DNA from: an uncultured Solirubrobacterales bacterium
GTDB lineage: Bacteria; Actinomycetota; Thermoleophilia; Solirubrobacterales; Solirubrobacteraceae
Assembly (NCBI GenBank): GCA_963743475.1
Contig: CAVUPS010000001.1
Span: 857,362-889,361 of the forward strand
Direction: 5' to 3'
Length of the DNA stretch: 32,000 bases
A model generated the notes under the pieces. It made no database searches. It had not been told where the DNA came from and saw nothing but the letters and a program-made list of their open reading frames with translations. The translations under genes and the position numbers were made by a program. Positions 1-9,422 of this stretch are shown here, in pieces; the first letter of the stretch is position 1; each line of letters begins with the position of its first letter.

Positions 1-1
1 C

Positions 2-823
2 GTCGACCACGCGGGGACAACTTTCGTATCTCGGTTGGCCGAGGAGACCGGCGCCGACACCGCCCACATCGCGCGCGCGTATGCCGTCGCCGCCGCGGTC
101 TTCGAGATGCGCGGATTCTGGCTGGAGGTCGAGGCGCTCGAAGACTTCGTCGATGAGGAGACGGAATTCAAGATGTTGCTGCAGGGACGCAGACTCCTCA
201 CCCGAGCGGCACGCTGGCTGGTCCGCAAGCGGCGCCCTCCGCTCGACATCGCCGCCGCGGTCGCGGACTATGCTTCGGGGGCCGCCACGCTCTGGCACGC
301 GCTGCCGGAACTGCTGAGCGGTCTTGACGGCCACGCATGGTATGCGCGGGTGGCGGAATTCGCCGATGCTGGGGTACCGAGCGCGCTCGCATCGCGCGTC
401 GCCGCCCTCGATGCCCTGTTCTTCGCCTTCGACGTCGTCGAAATCGTCGGTGGACGCGAACAGCCCGTCCGCCGCGCGGCCGGCATTCACCTCGGGCTTG
501 ACCGCCGCCTGGAGTTGGCATGGCTCCGCGATCGCATCCTCGAGTTACCTCGCGCCGACCTCTGGCAAACGCTCGCCCGTGCCGCCCTGCGCGACGAGTT
601 GTACAAGACCCACCGGGCGCTCACCGCGGCGGTCCTCGACGCGTCATCGCCCTCTACCGACGGGAGCGCGGCGATTGAGGCATGGGTCGAAGCCAGCGCC
701 ACAAGAGTCGAGCGATATCTCGGGATGCTCACACACATCCGCGCAAGGCATCGAAACGACCTGACGACCCTCTCGGTCGCAGTCCGCGAGCTCGCCAACC
801 TGATTCCCTCCAGCGACAATTAG
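2..823 (+). CDS. NAD-specific glutamate dehydrogenase (large GDH2/Bac_GDH type), C-terminal part; 5' end truncated by window edge
   Basis: Reading frame is open from base 2 (VDHAGTTFVSRLAEETGADTAHIARAYAVAAAVF...). C-terminal motifs resemble large bacterial NAD-GDH (RLAEETGA..IARAY, ARAALRDELYKTHRALTAAVL). Confidence 0.85.
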   Translation, partial: VDHAGTTFVSRLAEETGADTAHIARAYAVAAAVFEMRGFWLEVEALEDFVDEETEFKMLLQGRRLLTRAARWLVRKRRPPLDIAAAVADYASGAATLWHALPELLSGLDGHAWYARVAEFADAGVPSALASRVAALDALFFAFDVVEIVGGREQPVRRAAGIHLGLDRRLELAWLRDRILELPRADLWQTLARAALRDELYKTHRALTAAVLDASSPSTDGSAAIEAWVEASATRVERYLGMLTHIRARHRNDLTTLSVAVRELANLIPSSDN

Positions 824-1061
824 GAACGGCGCACGCAGCGCGCCTCGGCCAATCATGAGACCAGCGGTGCGCGCTCAGAGCCGGCAAACAGGCTCCACGC
901 CGCGGAACTCCGCAAACTGATTCGGCCCTGAGACTCGGTTCGGACACCTGACCCGATCGCACGTGTCCGTAATCGATCGCTCTATGAGACGCCGCCTTTG
1001 ACAGAAAGGGGCTGGGGCGTCCTTACTGCCTGCTACCAGAATGAGGGGCCACACGTCGGCG

Positions 1062-1286
1062 CTACGTCTGCGCAGGCGTGTCGAGATCAGGGCACAGACG
1101 CAAGTCTCTGTCCGCATGAGTGTCGGCTGCGAACGCTCGCGCCATCAGCCGGGCGTCGCGGCGTTGGACTTCTGGGTCGCGAAGCGACCAGGCAAGAAGC
1201 CACAGGGCCGCCTTGTGAAGCTGCGACAACCGAGCGGCGTCGATCGCATCCTCCACGCGCGCGAACGCCTCGCCCCGGTGGAGCAT
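1062..1286 (-). CDS. small hypothetical protein
   Basis: ORF segment MLHRGEAFARVEDAIDAARLSQLHKAALWLLAWSLRDPEVQRRDARLMARAF has protein-like composition. Start codon uncertain and overlapping ORFs exist on the + strand. Confidence 0.35.
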   Translation of the reverse strand: MLHRGEAFARVEDAIDAARLSQLHKAALWLLAWSLRDPEVQRRDARLMARAFAADTHADRDLRLCPDLDTPAQT

Positions 1287-1698
1287 GCCCTCGACTTGCT
1301 GGTGGCTCGGTCGAAGGAGAGTGGCGCGGTGCTGATCACGACCGCGCTCCTTTCTGGTCCAGCGGCTGTTCCGATCTGAGTGCAGCACAGCCGACAGTCC
1401 CGATAGCGAACAACCCGGTTAGCACAGATCGACCCGCCCGGCGAGCCGCCATCTCGCTGTTTGCAAAGGAATCGGCGACCGGGGCAGGCGTCCGCCGATT
1501 ATTGGCGAGCCGGTGTCGGTTTGGGGGCGCAGGTGCCATGGCGGCGAACGTCAGGTATCCGGTGCCGGCGACGACAACGTGGCTCCGTCCCATGATGGCG
1601 CGCACACAATAGGGCGCACGCGGCAGTGACCGGCAAGACATGTCAACATCAGCATCATGAGCAGTTAGCGTGAGGTTTGGTTAACGAGAGAATCCCGC

Positions 1699-2130
1699 GT
1701 GTCCGCCAGAGGCGCTCGCACCGAATTACGGCGAGCCGGCGTTACGGACACTCCCGGTGGCTGTCGAAACGGAAAGCTGAATTTCTCGTTTGCAATAGTG
1801 CCGGTAACGCGGGACACTTCGAGCGTGGCCGAGGTGGTGGAGCAGAGTGGCCTCGTTTCGATGCGCATGTACGTGGCGAGCGATAGCAGCGCCTCGGCGC
1901 AGGCGCGTCGGCAGCTTGCGGCTCTGCGTGAGCGCTTCGGCGGGGGGGATTGGGAGGTCGAGGTCGTCGATGTGTTCGAGCAGCCCGCGCTCGCGGAGGC
2001 CGATCGTGTCCTCGCGACCCCGATTCTGATCCGGCTGCTTCCATCGCGGCGTCTGAGCGTGATCGGGGACTTTGCCGACTTGCAAGCGGTCGCGAACGCG
2101 CTCGATCTTCAACCGGAGGTGGCACGATGA
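1699..2130 (+). CDS. kaiB: KaiB-like circadian clock protein (thioredoxin-like fold), extended N-terminus or start uncertain
   Basis: C-terminal ~90 aa MRMYVASDSSASAQARRQLAALRERF..WEVEVVDVFEQPALAEADRVLATPILIRLLPSRRLSVIGDFADLQAVANAL matches the KaiB pattern (LYVAG.., VIDI..QP.LAE.D.I.ATPTL...P...R.IGD). Directly overlaps kaiC. Confidence 0.85.
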   Translation: MSARGARTELRRAGVTDTPGGCRNGKLNFSFAIVPVTRDTSSVAEVVEQSGLVSMRMYVASDSSASAQARRQLAALRERFGGGDWEVEVVDVFEQPALAEADRVLATPILIRLLPSRRLSVIGDFADLQAVANALDLQPEVAR

Positions 2131-3617
2131 CCCCTTCACCGGTGCAGCGGATCCACGTCGGTATCCCAGGGTTTGATGAGATTGTGCACGGCGGACTGCC
2201 GCGCGGTCGCAGTACCTTGATCGCGGGAGCGACGGGGACCGGCAAGACCGTGTTCGGCCTGCAGTTCCTGTGGGGCGGCGCGCAGCTGGGGGAGCCCGGG
2301 GTGATGGTGACGTTCGCCGAGCGCCCCGAGGATCTGATCGCGAACGTCGAGAGTTTCGGCTGGGATCTGGGCGGTCTTGTCAGTGACGGGCGTCTGGCGT
2401 TCGTGGACGCGACGCCGGAGATGGAGCTGCTCGTCAGCGGCCGGTTCGATCTCGGCGGGCTCACGGCGCGGATCGCTCACGCGCTCAGCGAGGTCGACGC
2501 CACGCGATTGTTTTTGGATCCGATCGACGCGCTGTTCGAGGAGTTCTCCAACGTGGTCGAGGTCCGGCGTTCGTTCGCGGCGATGTTACGCGCGCTGCGG
2601 CCGCTGGGCGCGACGGCGTTGATCGCGGCTGAGCGGCCGAACGAGAACGGCAGCGTCACGCGTTACGGCGCGGAGGAGTTCGCGGTCGACAACGTCATTG
2701 TGCTGCGCAACTCCCGCGAGGAGGAGCGTCGGCGCCGAACGGTCGAGGTCCTCAAGCTGCGAGGCGCCGATCATCACCGCGGCGAGTTCCCGTTCGTCAT
2801 CAACGCGAGCACTGGGGTCGAGATCGTGCCGTTTTCTCCGATCGAGGGTGATGACAGCGGGTCACCCGAGCGGATCTCGCTCGGAAACGCAGAACTCGAC
2901 GCGATGTGCGGCGGCGGGATGTACCGCGACGCCTTGATGATGATCACTGGCGCGACCGGTACGGGCAAGACGCTGATCGGCTTGCAGTTCATGGTCGCCG
3001 GGATCAAGGCCGGCGAGCGGGTGCTGTACCTGTCCTTCGAGGAGAGCCGCTGGCAGCTGGAGCGCAACGCCAACGCGTGGGGGATGGACCTCACGGGCTC
3101 CGGGCACGAGGGCAGCCTCGAGATCGTGTCGCGCTACCCCGCTCGCGTGGGGCTCGAGGACCTGCTCGTGGAGCTCAAGCACACGGTCGAGGAATTCGAC
3201 CCGACGCGACTGGTACTCGACAGCATCACCGCGGTCGAGCACAACGCGCCGCAGAACGCGTTTCGTGAGTTCAGTGTCGGGCTCAGCGGATTCCTCAAAG
3301 GGCGGGGTGTGGCGACGATGATGACGACGACGCTGCCGGACCTGCTCGGAGGCACGCACGCCACCGACCTGTATCTGTCGACGATCGCGGATGCGATCAT
3401 CGCGCTGCGCTACTTCGATCTCGACAGCCGCGTCAGGCGCGCGATCTTGGTGCTAAAGGTCCGCGGATCCAGGCACGCGAATGAGATGCACGAGTACGAG
3501 ATCCTCAGCACCGGCATGTCGGTGAAGGGACCGATCCAGGGGATCGGCGGAATCCTGGCCGGCCTGGCGCAGCCGTCGATCCTCTCCAACGGCGGCGCCA
3601 GCGCCTTGCAACGGTAA
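2127..3617 (+). CDS. kaiC: KaiC-like double-domain RecA/DnaB-type ATPase
   Basis: Two Walker A motifs (GATGTGKTVFGLQF, GATGTGKTLIGLQF), VTFAERPEDL (CI), YLSFEESRWQLERNANAWGMDL (CII), and DLYLSTIADAIIALRYFD aligning with the KaiC S431/T432 region. ATG at 2127 overlaps the kaiB TGA. Confidence 0.93.
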   Translation: MTPSPVQRIHVGIPGFDEIVHGGLPRGRSTLIAGATGTGKTVFGLQFLWGGAQLGEPGVMVTFAERPEDLIANVESFGWDLGGLVSDGRLAFVDATPEMELLVSGRFDLGGLTARIAHALSEVDATRLFLDPIDALFEEFSNVVEVRRSFAAMLRALRPLGATALIAAERPNENGSVTRYGAEEFAVDNVIVLRNSREEERRRRTVEVLKLRGADHHRGEFPFVINASTGVEIVPFSPIEGDDSGSPERISLGNAELDAMCGGGMYRDALMMITGATGTGKTLIGLQFMVAGIKAGERVLYLSFEESRWQLERNANAWGMDLTGSGHEGSLEIVSRYPARVGLEDLLVELKHTVEEFDPTRLVLDSITAVEHNAPQNAFREFSVGLSGFLKGRGVATMMTTTLPDLLGGTHATDLYLSTIADAIIALRYFDLDSRVRRAILVLKVRGSRHANEMHEYEILSTGMSVKGPIQGIGGILAGLAQPSILSNGGASALQR

Positions 3618-4321
3618 GGCGTGGGCGCAACACACGCGAGCGAGCCAGCCAGAACCGGCGACGGCTCGGCGATCCCCCGCGACAGTCTGCTCGCGGTGAT
3701 CGAGAGCAACGTCGACGGCCTGACCGCGGACTTCGCCGCGGTGCTCGCGCTCCCCCCGGAAGGCAGCAACCTCCGGCTCGTCGTCTCACAGTGGTCCACG
3801 GCCACGGGGAGCCACGTCACCGGCCCAACGCGGAGCGCTGCCCCGCTCTCGAAGGAGATCGTTCGCAGCCGCGCGTAGCGCGCGAACTGCTGCTTCGGGG
3901 TCCGCTGAGGCTGTCGGTCGCGAAGATCGACGCGTAGCCGTCGGGGTGGTGCGCTCCCCCCTTTGAGCCTAAGCCTGATTTCGAGACACACAATTTCGGG
4001 GAGCATGCGCGCCCCCGGCTTCTGCTATTGGGCGAGGAGGCCGTTGGCCGTCGAAGCCATTACCACCGCGCTAAGTCGTGCAAATTGTCGTCCGGCCTGG
4101 GAAGAGTCGCTTGAGCGGTCAAAGTTCGGTGGGCAGCGGCCGCGTGCGGCCCTTTTGGTTGCGGCGACGCAGACAGTTAGGACCATGTGATGGAGCTTTA
4201 TGACGCGAGTCGTTTCGGGCTTGAGGAAGTGTGCGCTGGGTAGCTCCGCGGCTGCGCGACGGACGCGGGACCGGTCGGAGGTCAGTCGGCCCGTTGGACG
4301 ATCGCCTGCGGTGCTTGGCTG

Positions 4322-6442
4322 ATGGCAAGCCAGGCGACATTCGGAGCTCTGAGCGCGGCTCCGCCGCCCGCGATCCTGATCGTCGACGACGACGCGGGCA
4401 AGCGCCTGGCGATCCGGACGATCCTCGCGCCGCTGGGCCATGTGATCGTCGAGGCCGACTCCGGACGCGCCGCGCTGCGCGCGGTCCTGCGCGAGAGGTT
4501 TGCCTTGATCTTGATGGATGTCCGGATGCCGATCCTGGATGGGTATGAGACGGCGAGGCTGATCCGGGGGCGCAGCCAGACGCGGCTGACGCCGATCATT
4601 TTCGTTACGGGCTCGGTCGAGGAGCACCGGGGGGCGACGGAGACCGCTTATGCCAGCGGCGCGGTGGACTTCATCTTCACGCCGGTGGACCCGGATGTGC
4701 TGCGGATCAAGGTCTCGACCTATGTCGCTCTGTTCGTGCAGTCCCAGGAGCTGCAGATCCTCAACGCGGCGTTGCGCGACAGCGAGGTGCGCGCGCACGC
4801 GGTGCTTGAGAACGTGGTCGACGGGATCGTGACGGTCGACGAGAGGGGTCTGATCGAATCGTTTACCCGATCGGCGCGACGGCTGTTTGGCTACAGCGAG
4901 GAGGAGGTGATCGGGCAGCCGCTGGGGCTGATCATCGCGCCGGGCGAACACGACGCCCTGTCTGATCCCGTGCTGACGGGGAAGCGGCCGATCGAGGCGT
5001 TGGGTTGCCGCAAGGACGGCTCGTGGTTCCCGATCGAGGTGCAAACGAGCCAGATGCAGATCGGCGGGCGGACGGTGGAAATCGACAGCATCCGTGACAT
5101 CTCCGAGCGCAAGGCCTACACCGAGGCGCTTGGTCACCAGGCGCTCCACGACGCTCTGACCGGGCTGCCGAACCGGATCCTGTTCGCTGATCGCATGGAC
5201 CAGGCGATCGTGTCTGCCGAGCGTGCGGGCGAGCCGCGCGGTGTGCTGGTGATGGATCTGAACGGCTTCAAGCATGTCAATGACACGCTCGGACGCGATC
5301 GCGGTGACACGCTGCTCAGGGAGATCGGCAAGCGTCTGACGGACGGGTTGCGTGAGACCGACACAGTGGCGCGACTCGGTGGAGACGAGTTCGCGATCCT
5401 GCTCGACGGCGCCAGCGACCTGCCGGCCGCGGCGACGGCGGCCTGGAAGATCCAACAGGTGTGCGAGGCGCCATTCGTGATCGATGACGAGGTCGTGCGC
5501 GTGTCGACGAGCATCGGCATCGCCCTGTTTCCCGAGCACGGCAGAACCACGGCCGATCTGCTGCACCGCGCCGACCTGGCGATGTATGACGCCAAGCGAT
5601 CCGGCACCAGCTACGCCGTCTTTGACGCGGCGCACGCAAAGCAGATGGCACATTCGCTCGCGCTGCTGGCCGATCTGCGCGAGTGCGTCGCCCGCGAGGA
5701 ACTCGTCGTCTACTACCAGCCCCTGATCGACCTCGCGACCCGCAGGACCACCGGCGTCGAGGCGCTCGTCCGCTGGCGCCACCCCAAGCACGGACTCCTG
5801 CAACCCGGAAGCTTTTTGCCCCAGGCCGAGCGCACCCCACTGATCGCACCGCTGACGAGGTGGGTGCTCAACGACGCGCTGCGCCAACAGCAGCGCTGGC
5901 GCGGCGACGGTATCGACGTCACGATGGCCGTCAATATCTCCGCTCGCACGTTGAAACCCAACGGTGACTTGCCCGACACCGTCGCCGAGCTGTCCGACTT
6001 CTGGGGCATCGCACCCGACCGGCTGACCCTCGAGCTCACCGAGAGGACGCTGATCGAACCCGCCGCCCCCAACGTCCTGGCCCGTCTGCACAAGATGGGA
6101 GGCAAGGTGTCAATCGACGACTTCGGCACCGGATACTCCTCACTGGCCTACCTGAAGAACCTGCCGGTCGACCAGCTCAAGATCGATCAATCCTTCGTCC
6201 GAAACCTCGCTAGGGTCCCCGGCGACGCGGTCATCGTGCGCTCGACGATCGACCTCGCGCACAACCTCGGCATGACGGTCGTCGCCGAGGGCGTCGAGGA
6301 CGAGACCACGCTCGACTTCCTCGCCCAGTACGGATGCGACAGCGCCCAAGGCCACCTCTTCAGCCGCGCACTCACCGCCCAGGAGCTCACCCCCTGGCTC
6401 ACCGAGTCAGCCTACGCAGCACACCCCCCACCTCGCAACTAG
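4322..6442 (+). CDS. bifunctional-looking receiver-PAS-GGDEF-EAL protein (diguanylate cyclase/phosphodiesterase)
   Basis: Receiver (ILIVDDDAGK...LILMDVRMP...PIIFVTG), PAS (LENVVDGIVTVDERGLIESFTRSARRLFGYSEEEVIG), GGDEF (RLGGDEF with upstream RETD I-site), EAL (GVEALVRW, NISA, ELTE, SIDDFGTGYSSL, LKIDQSF, EGVE, QGHLFS). Confidence 0.95.
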   Translation: MASQATFGALSAAPPPAILIVDDDAGKRLAIRTILAPLGHVIVEADSGRAALRAVLRERFALILMDVRMPILDGYETARLIRGRSQTRLTPIIFVTGSVEEHRGATETAYASGAVDFIFTPVDPDVLRIKVSTYVALFVQSQELQILNAALRDSEVRAHAVLENVVDGIVTVDERGLIESFTRSARRLFGYSEEEVIGQPLGLIIAPGEHDALSDPVLTGKRPIEALGCRKDGSWFPIEVQTSQMQIGGRTVEIDSIRDISERKAYTEALGHQALHDALTGLPNRILFADRMDQAIVSAERAGEPRGVLVMDLNGFKHVNDTLGRDRGDTLLREIGKRLTDGLRETDTVARLGGDEFAILLDGASDLPAAATAAWKIQQVCEAPFVIDDEVVRVSTSIGIALFPEHGRTTADLLHRADLAMYDAKRSGTSYAVFDAAHAKQMAHSLALLADLRECVAREELVVYYQPLIDLATRRTTGVEALVRWRHPKHGLLQPGSFLPQAERTPLIAPLTRWVLNDALRQQQRWRGDGIDVTMAVNISARTLKPNGDLPDTVAELSDFWGIAPDRLTLELTERTLIEPAAPNVLARLHKMGGKVSIDDFGTGYSSLAYLKNLPVDQLKIDQSFVRNLARVPGDAVIVRSTIDLAHNLGMTVVAEGVEDETTLDFLAQYGCDSAQGHLFSRALTAQELTPWLTESAYAAHPPPRN

Positions 6443-6601
6443 GTTGGTGGAAGCGGATTCTGCTCGTTGCGAGGCCGCCAGGAGCGGATTAGTAGGGGGG
6501 TTCAAGGGTCTAGGGTTTCTGTACCAACAATCCCCTGACCCCGGCGTCCCGATCGAACAGAACGACCCGCTCGCTGTACACGCGGCCGAGGCCGCCGCCG
6601 G

Positions 6602-7900
6602 TCATACGGTCGCGAGCGTCCGAGTCACAGCGAGCGCCTGATCGAGGTCCGCGACGATGTCGTCGATGTGCTCGATGCCGACCGACAACCGCACCGTCTC
6701 CTCGGTGACACCAGCCGCCGCCAACTCATCCGCGTTGAGCTGCGAGTGGGTGGTCGAGGCGTTGTGGATCGCCAACGACTTCGCGTCGCCGATGTTGGCG
6801 AGATGGCTGAACAGCTCGAGGTGCTCGATGAACGCGCGCCCCGCGGCAGCACCACCGTTGACGCCGAAGGTCACCAGCGCTCCGTACCCGCCCCGCAGAA
6901 CTCGCTGCGCCACCTCGTGGTAGGGGCTCGACTCGAGCCCGGGGTAGTAGACCCACTCGACGTCCGGGTGACTCTCGAGGTGACGGGCGACGGCCAGCCC
7001 GTTCTGGTTGTGACGCTCGAGCCGCAGCGGCAGCGTCTCGACGCCCTGCAGAAACAGGAAGGCATTGAACGGCGACAGCGCCGCGCCGGTGTTGCGCAGC
7101 AGGACCGTACGCGCGCGCCCAATGAAGGCCGCCGGTCCGAGTGCGTCGGACCACACCACCCCGTGATAGGACGGATCGGGTGCGGTAAATGGGTAATAGC
7201 GATCGCCGTGGGCGGGCCAGTCGAACTTGCCGCTATCGACCAGCGCACCGCCGATCGAGGTCCCGTGCCCACCGATGAACTTGGTCAACGAGTGCACGGC
7301 GATGTCGGCCCCCTGCTCGAACACGCGCGCGCCGATCGGCGTCGGCACCGTATTGTCGAGGATCAGCGGCAGCCCCTGTGCGTGCGCCGCCGCCGCCCAT
7401 GCCTCGACATCGAGCACGTTCAGCCGCGGGTTACCGACCGTCTCCGCGAACACCAGCCGCGTACGATCGTCGGCGAGCCGCGCGACCGCCCCCGGATCGT
7501 CCGCGTCCGCCCACCTGACCTCGACCCCGTACTGCGGCAGCGTATGCGCGAACAGGTTGTACGTCCCGCCGTAAAGCTGCGACACCGAGATGATGTTCTC
7601 GCCCGCCCTGGTCACGTTCAACACCGAGTAGGTGACAGCCGCCTGACCTGAGGCGGTGACCAGCGCACCGATTCCGCCCTCCAGCCCCGCCAGACGCTCC
7701 TCGAGCACCGCCCACGTCGGATTCATGATCCGCGAGTAGATGTTCCCGGGAACCTTGAGCGCGAACAGGTCGGCCGCGTGCTGAGTGTCGTTGAACACAT
7801 ACGACGACGTCTGATAAATCGGCACGGCCCGCGCATTCGTGGCGCTGTCGGCCGTCTGCCCGCCGTGCAGGGCGATCGTCTCGGGTCTCAGCGATGACAT
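6602..7900 (-). CDS. metY: O-acetylhomoserine aminocarboxypropyltransferase/sulfhydrylase (PLP-dependent Cys/Met metabolism family)
   Basis: ETIALHGGQ...IYQTSSYVFNDTQHAADLF, SLTKFIGGHGTSIGG (PLP lysine), NIGDAKSLAIHNASTTHSQL..., AGAAGGAG-like RBS before the ATG. Confidence 0.95.
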   Translation of the reverse strand: MSSLRPETIALHGGQTADSATNARAVPIYQTSSYVFNDTQHAADLFALKVPGNIYSRIMNPTWAVLEERLAGLEGGIGALVTASGQAAVTYSVLNVTRAGENIISVSQLYGGTYNLFAHTLPQYGVEVRWADADDPGAVARLADDRTRLVFAETVGNPRLNVLDVEAWAAAAHAQGLPLILDNTVPTPIGARVFEQGADIAVHSLTKFIGGHGTSIGGALVDSGKFDWPAHGDRYYPFTAPDPSYHGVVWSDALGPAAFIGRARTVLLRNTGAALSPFNAFLFLQGVETLPLRLERHNQNGLAVARHLESHPDVEWVYYPGLESSPYHEVAQRVLRGGYGALVTFGVNGGAAAGRAFIEHLELFSHLANIGDAKSLAIHNASTTHSQLNADELAAAGVTEETVRLSVGIEHIDDIVADLDQALAVTRTLATV

Positions 7901-7937
7901 CGTGGTGGCGGCTCCTTCTCAGCAATGAACACGCGCA

Positions 7938-7955
7938 TTGTAGATCAAAATACAA
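7938..7955. promoter_or_regulatory. inverted repeat TTGTA-N8-TACAA upstream of metY, candidate operator
   Basis: ttgtagatcaaaatacaa in a locally AT-rich patch, 37 nt upstream of the metY ATG on the minus strand. Confidence 0.25.
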
Positions 7956-8085
7956 GTTAGCTCATAGGTTTAGTGGGGATCTCGCGTCTTGCGGGCAGGA
8001 CCTCCTGTTCGAGTAGTCCGAACAGGGCGGCGGCGTCGCGCGCGTCCTGGCCGCAGGACCAGGACCGAGCCGGAGCAGCACGCCG

Positions 8086-8240
8086 CGCTTCTATGACCGC
8101 GATCAGGACGGGCGGCCGCTTGCCTGGCTTGAGCGCATCCGCGCCTCGATCCGCACCCTCGCGCCCGCGTTTTGCGCCAGCGAATGCTCGCAGACTACGT
8201 CGAGCAGATCTACGCGCCGACCCTGGCCGGCCGAGACAGG
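8086..8240 (+). pseudogene. 3'-terminal remnant of an alpha-glucan (maltodextrin/glycogen) phosphorylase, frameshifted
   Basis: RFYDRDQDGRPLAWLERIRASIRTLAPAF in one frame continues as QRMLADYVEQIYAPTLAGR in the frame one base earlier. Together this resembles the GlgP C-terminus (YYDRD.dG.P.gWi.rmkasirtl.p.F.a.RMl.eYve.iY.p). Confidence 0.6.
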
Positions 8241-8243
8241 CTG

Positions 8244-9422
8244 TCAGTCGCGCTCGAGCAGCATTGCAATTCCCTGGCCGCCGCCGATGCAGAGGCTCAC
8301 GAGCCCCAGCTTCAGGTCGTTGCGTTCCATCTCCCCCAGGATCTTGGTCGTGATGATCGCTCCGGTCGCGGCGATCGGGTGGCCGAGCGCGATTGCTCCG
8401 CCGTTTGGGTTGACCTTCGCAAGATCGAGCTCGAGGTCCTGGCAGACCGCCAGGGACTGGGCTGCGAACGCCTCGTTGAGCTCGATTACATCGACGTCGT
8501 CGAGCCTCTTGCCGGCCCGCTCGAGCGCCTTGCGCACGGCGGGCACGGGCCCGATCCCCATCGTCTTGGGCTCCACCCCGCAGACCGCGTACGAGATGAT
8601 CCGAGCTCGGACCGGTACGCCCAGCTCCTGCGCACGTTGTGCCGACATGACGAGGACCGCTGCGGCGGCGTCATTGACGCCGGAGGCGTTACCGGCCGTC
8701 ACCGTGCCGTCCTTCTTGAAGGCCGGCTTGAGCTTCGCGAAGTCCGCCAGCGTGGCATCGCGTCGGAGATGTTCATCGACCCTGAACTCGGTGGTCCCCT
8801 TACGCGTCTTGAGCTCGATCGGCACGACCTCCTCGTCGAACCGGCCCGCCTCGATTGCTGCCTGAGCGCGGCGATGGGACTCCAGCGCGAACTCGTCCTG
8901 GGCGTTGCGAGAGATCCCATGAGACTCGCTCACGTTCTCGGCAGTAACCCCCATATGAATCTCATTGAATGGATCGGTTAGGCAGCCGACAACCGAGTCG
9001 ACCATCGAAGCGTCACCCATGCGCGCGCCCCATCGGGCGTTCTGCATCCAGTAGACGCCCCTGCTCATCGACTCTGCACCACCGGCCAGTACGACATCCG
9101 CATCGCCGGTCTGAATTGTCTGTGCGGCCGAGACGATCGCCTGCACGCCGCTACCACACAGGCGGTTGACGGTGAAGGCCGGCGCCTCCTTTGGGATGCC
9201 GGCCTTGATCCCGACTACCCGTGCCATGTACATATCTTCGGCGGCGGTGTGGATGACGTTGCCAAACACGACCTGCTCGACTTGCTCGGGCTCCAGCCCG
9301 GCGCGGTCGATTGCCGCTCGGGCAGCCGTGGCTCCTAGCTGTGCTGGAGGGACGTCGCGCAGACTCTTCCCAAACGACCCGATGGCAGTTCGGGCCGCCG
9401 ATGCGATCACAACATCGATCAT
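8244..9422 (-). CDS. acetyl-CoA acetyltransferase (thiolase)
   Basis: VIASAARTAIGSFGKSLRDV, NRLCGSGVQAIVSAAQ (catalytic Cys), GVEPKTMGIGPVPA, NEAFAAQSLAV, NPNGGAIALGHPIAATGA, CIGGGQGIAMLLER. ATG at 9422. Confidence 0.95.
   Translation of the reverse strand: MIDVVIASAARTAIGSFGKSLRDVPPAQLGATAARAAIDRAGLEPEQVEQVVFGNVIHTAAEDMYMARVVGIKAGIPKEAPAFTVNRLCGSGVQAIVSAAQTIQTGDADVVLAGGAESMSRGVYWMQNARWGARMGDASMVDSVVGCLTDPFNEIHMGVTAENVSESHGISRNAQDEFALESHRRAQAAIEAGRFDEEVVPIELKTRKGTTEFRVDEHLRRDATLADFAKLKPAFKKDGTVTAGNASGVNDAAAAVLVMSAQRAQELGVPVRARIISYAVCGVEPKTMGIGPVPAVRKALERAGKRLDDVDVIELNEAFAAQSLAVCQDLELDLAKVNPNGGAIALGHPIAATGAIITTKILGEMERNDLKLGLVSLCIGGGQGIAMLLERD

Noticed and set aside
3621-3878. 85-aa plus ORF between kaiC and the GGDEF-EAL gene
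   Set aside because: Protein-like in part (LLAVIESNVDGLTADFAAVLALPPEGSNLRLVV) but no identifiable family or clear RBS; could be a remnant, not supported enough to list.
4025-6091. 688-aa minus-strand ORF
   Set aside because: Antisense to the GGDEF-EAL gene; composition is an Arg/Asp/His-rich shadow of high-GC coding sequence with no recognisable domain.
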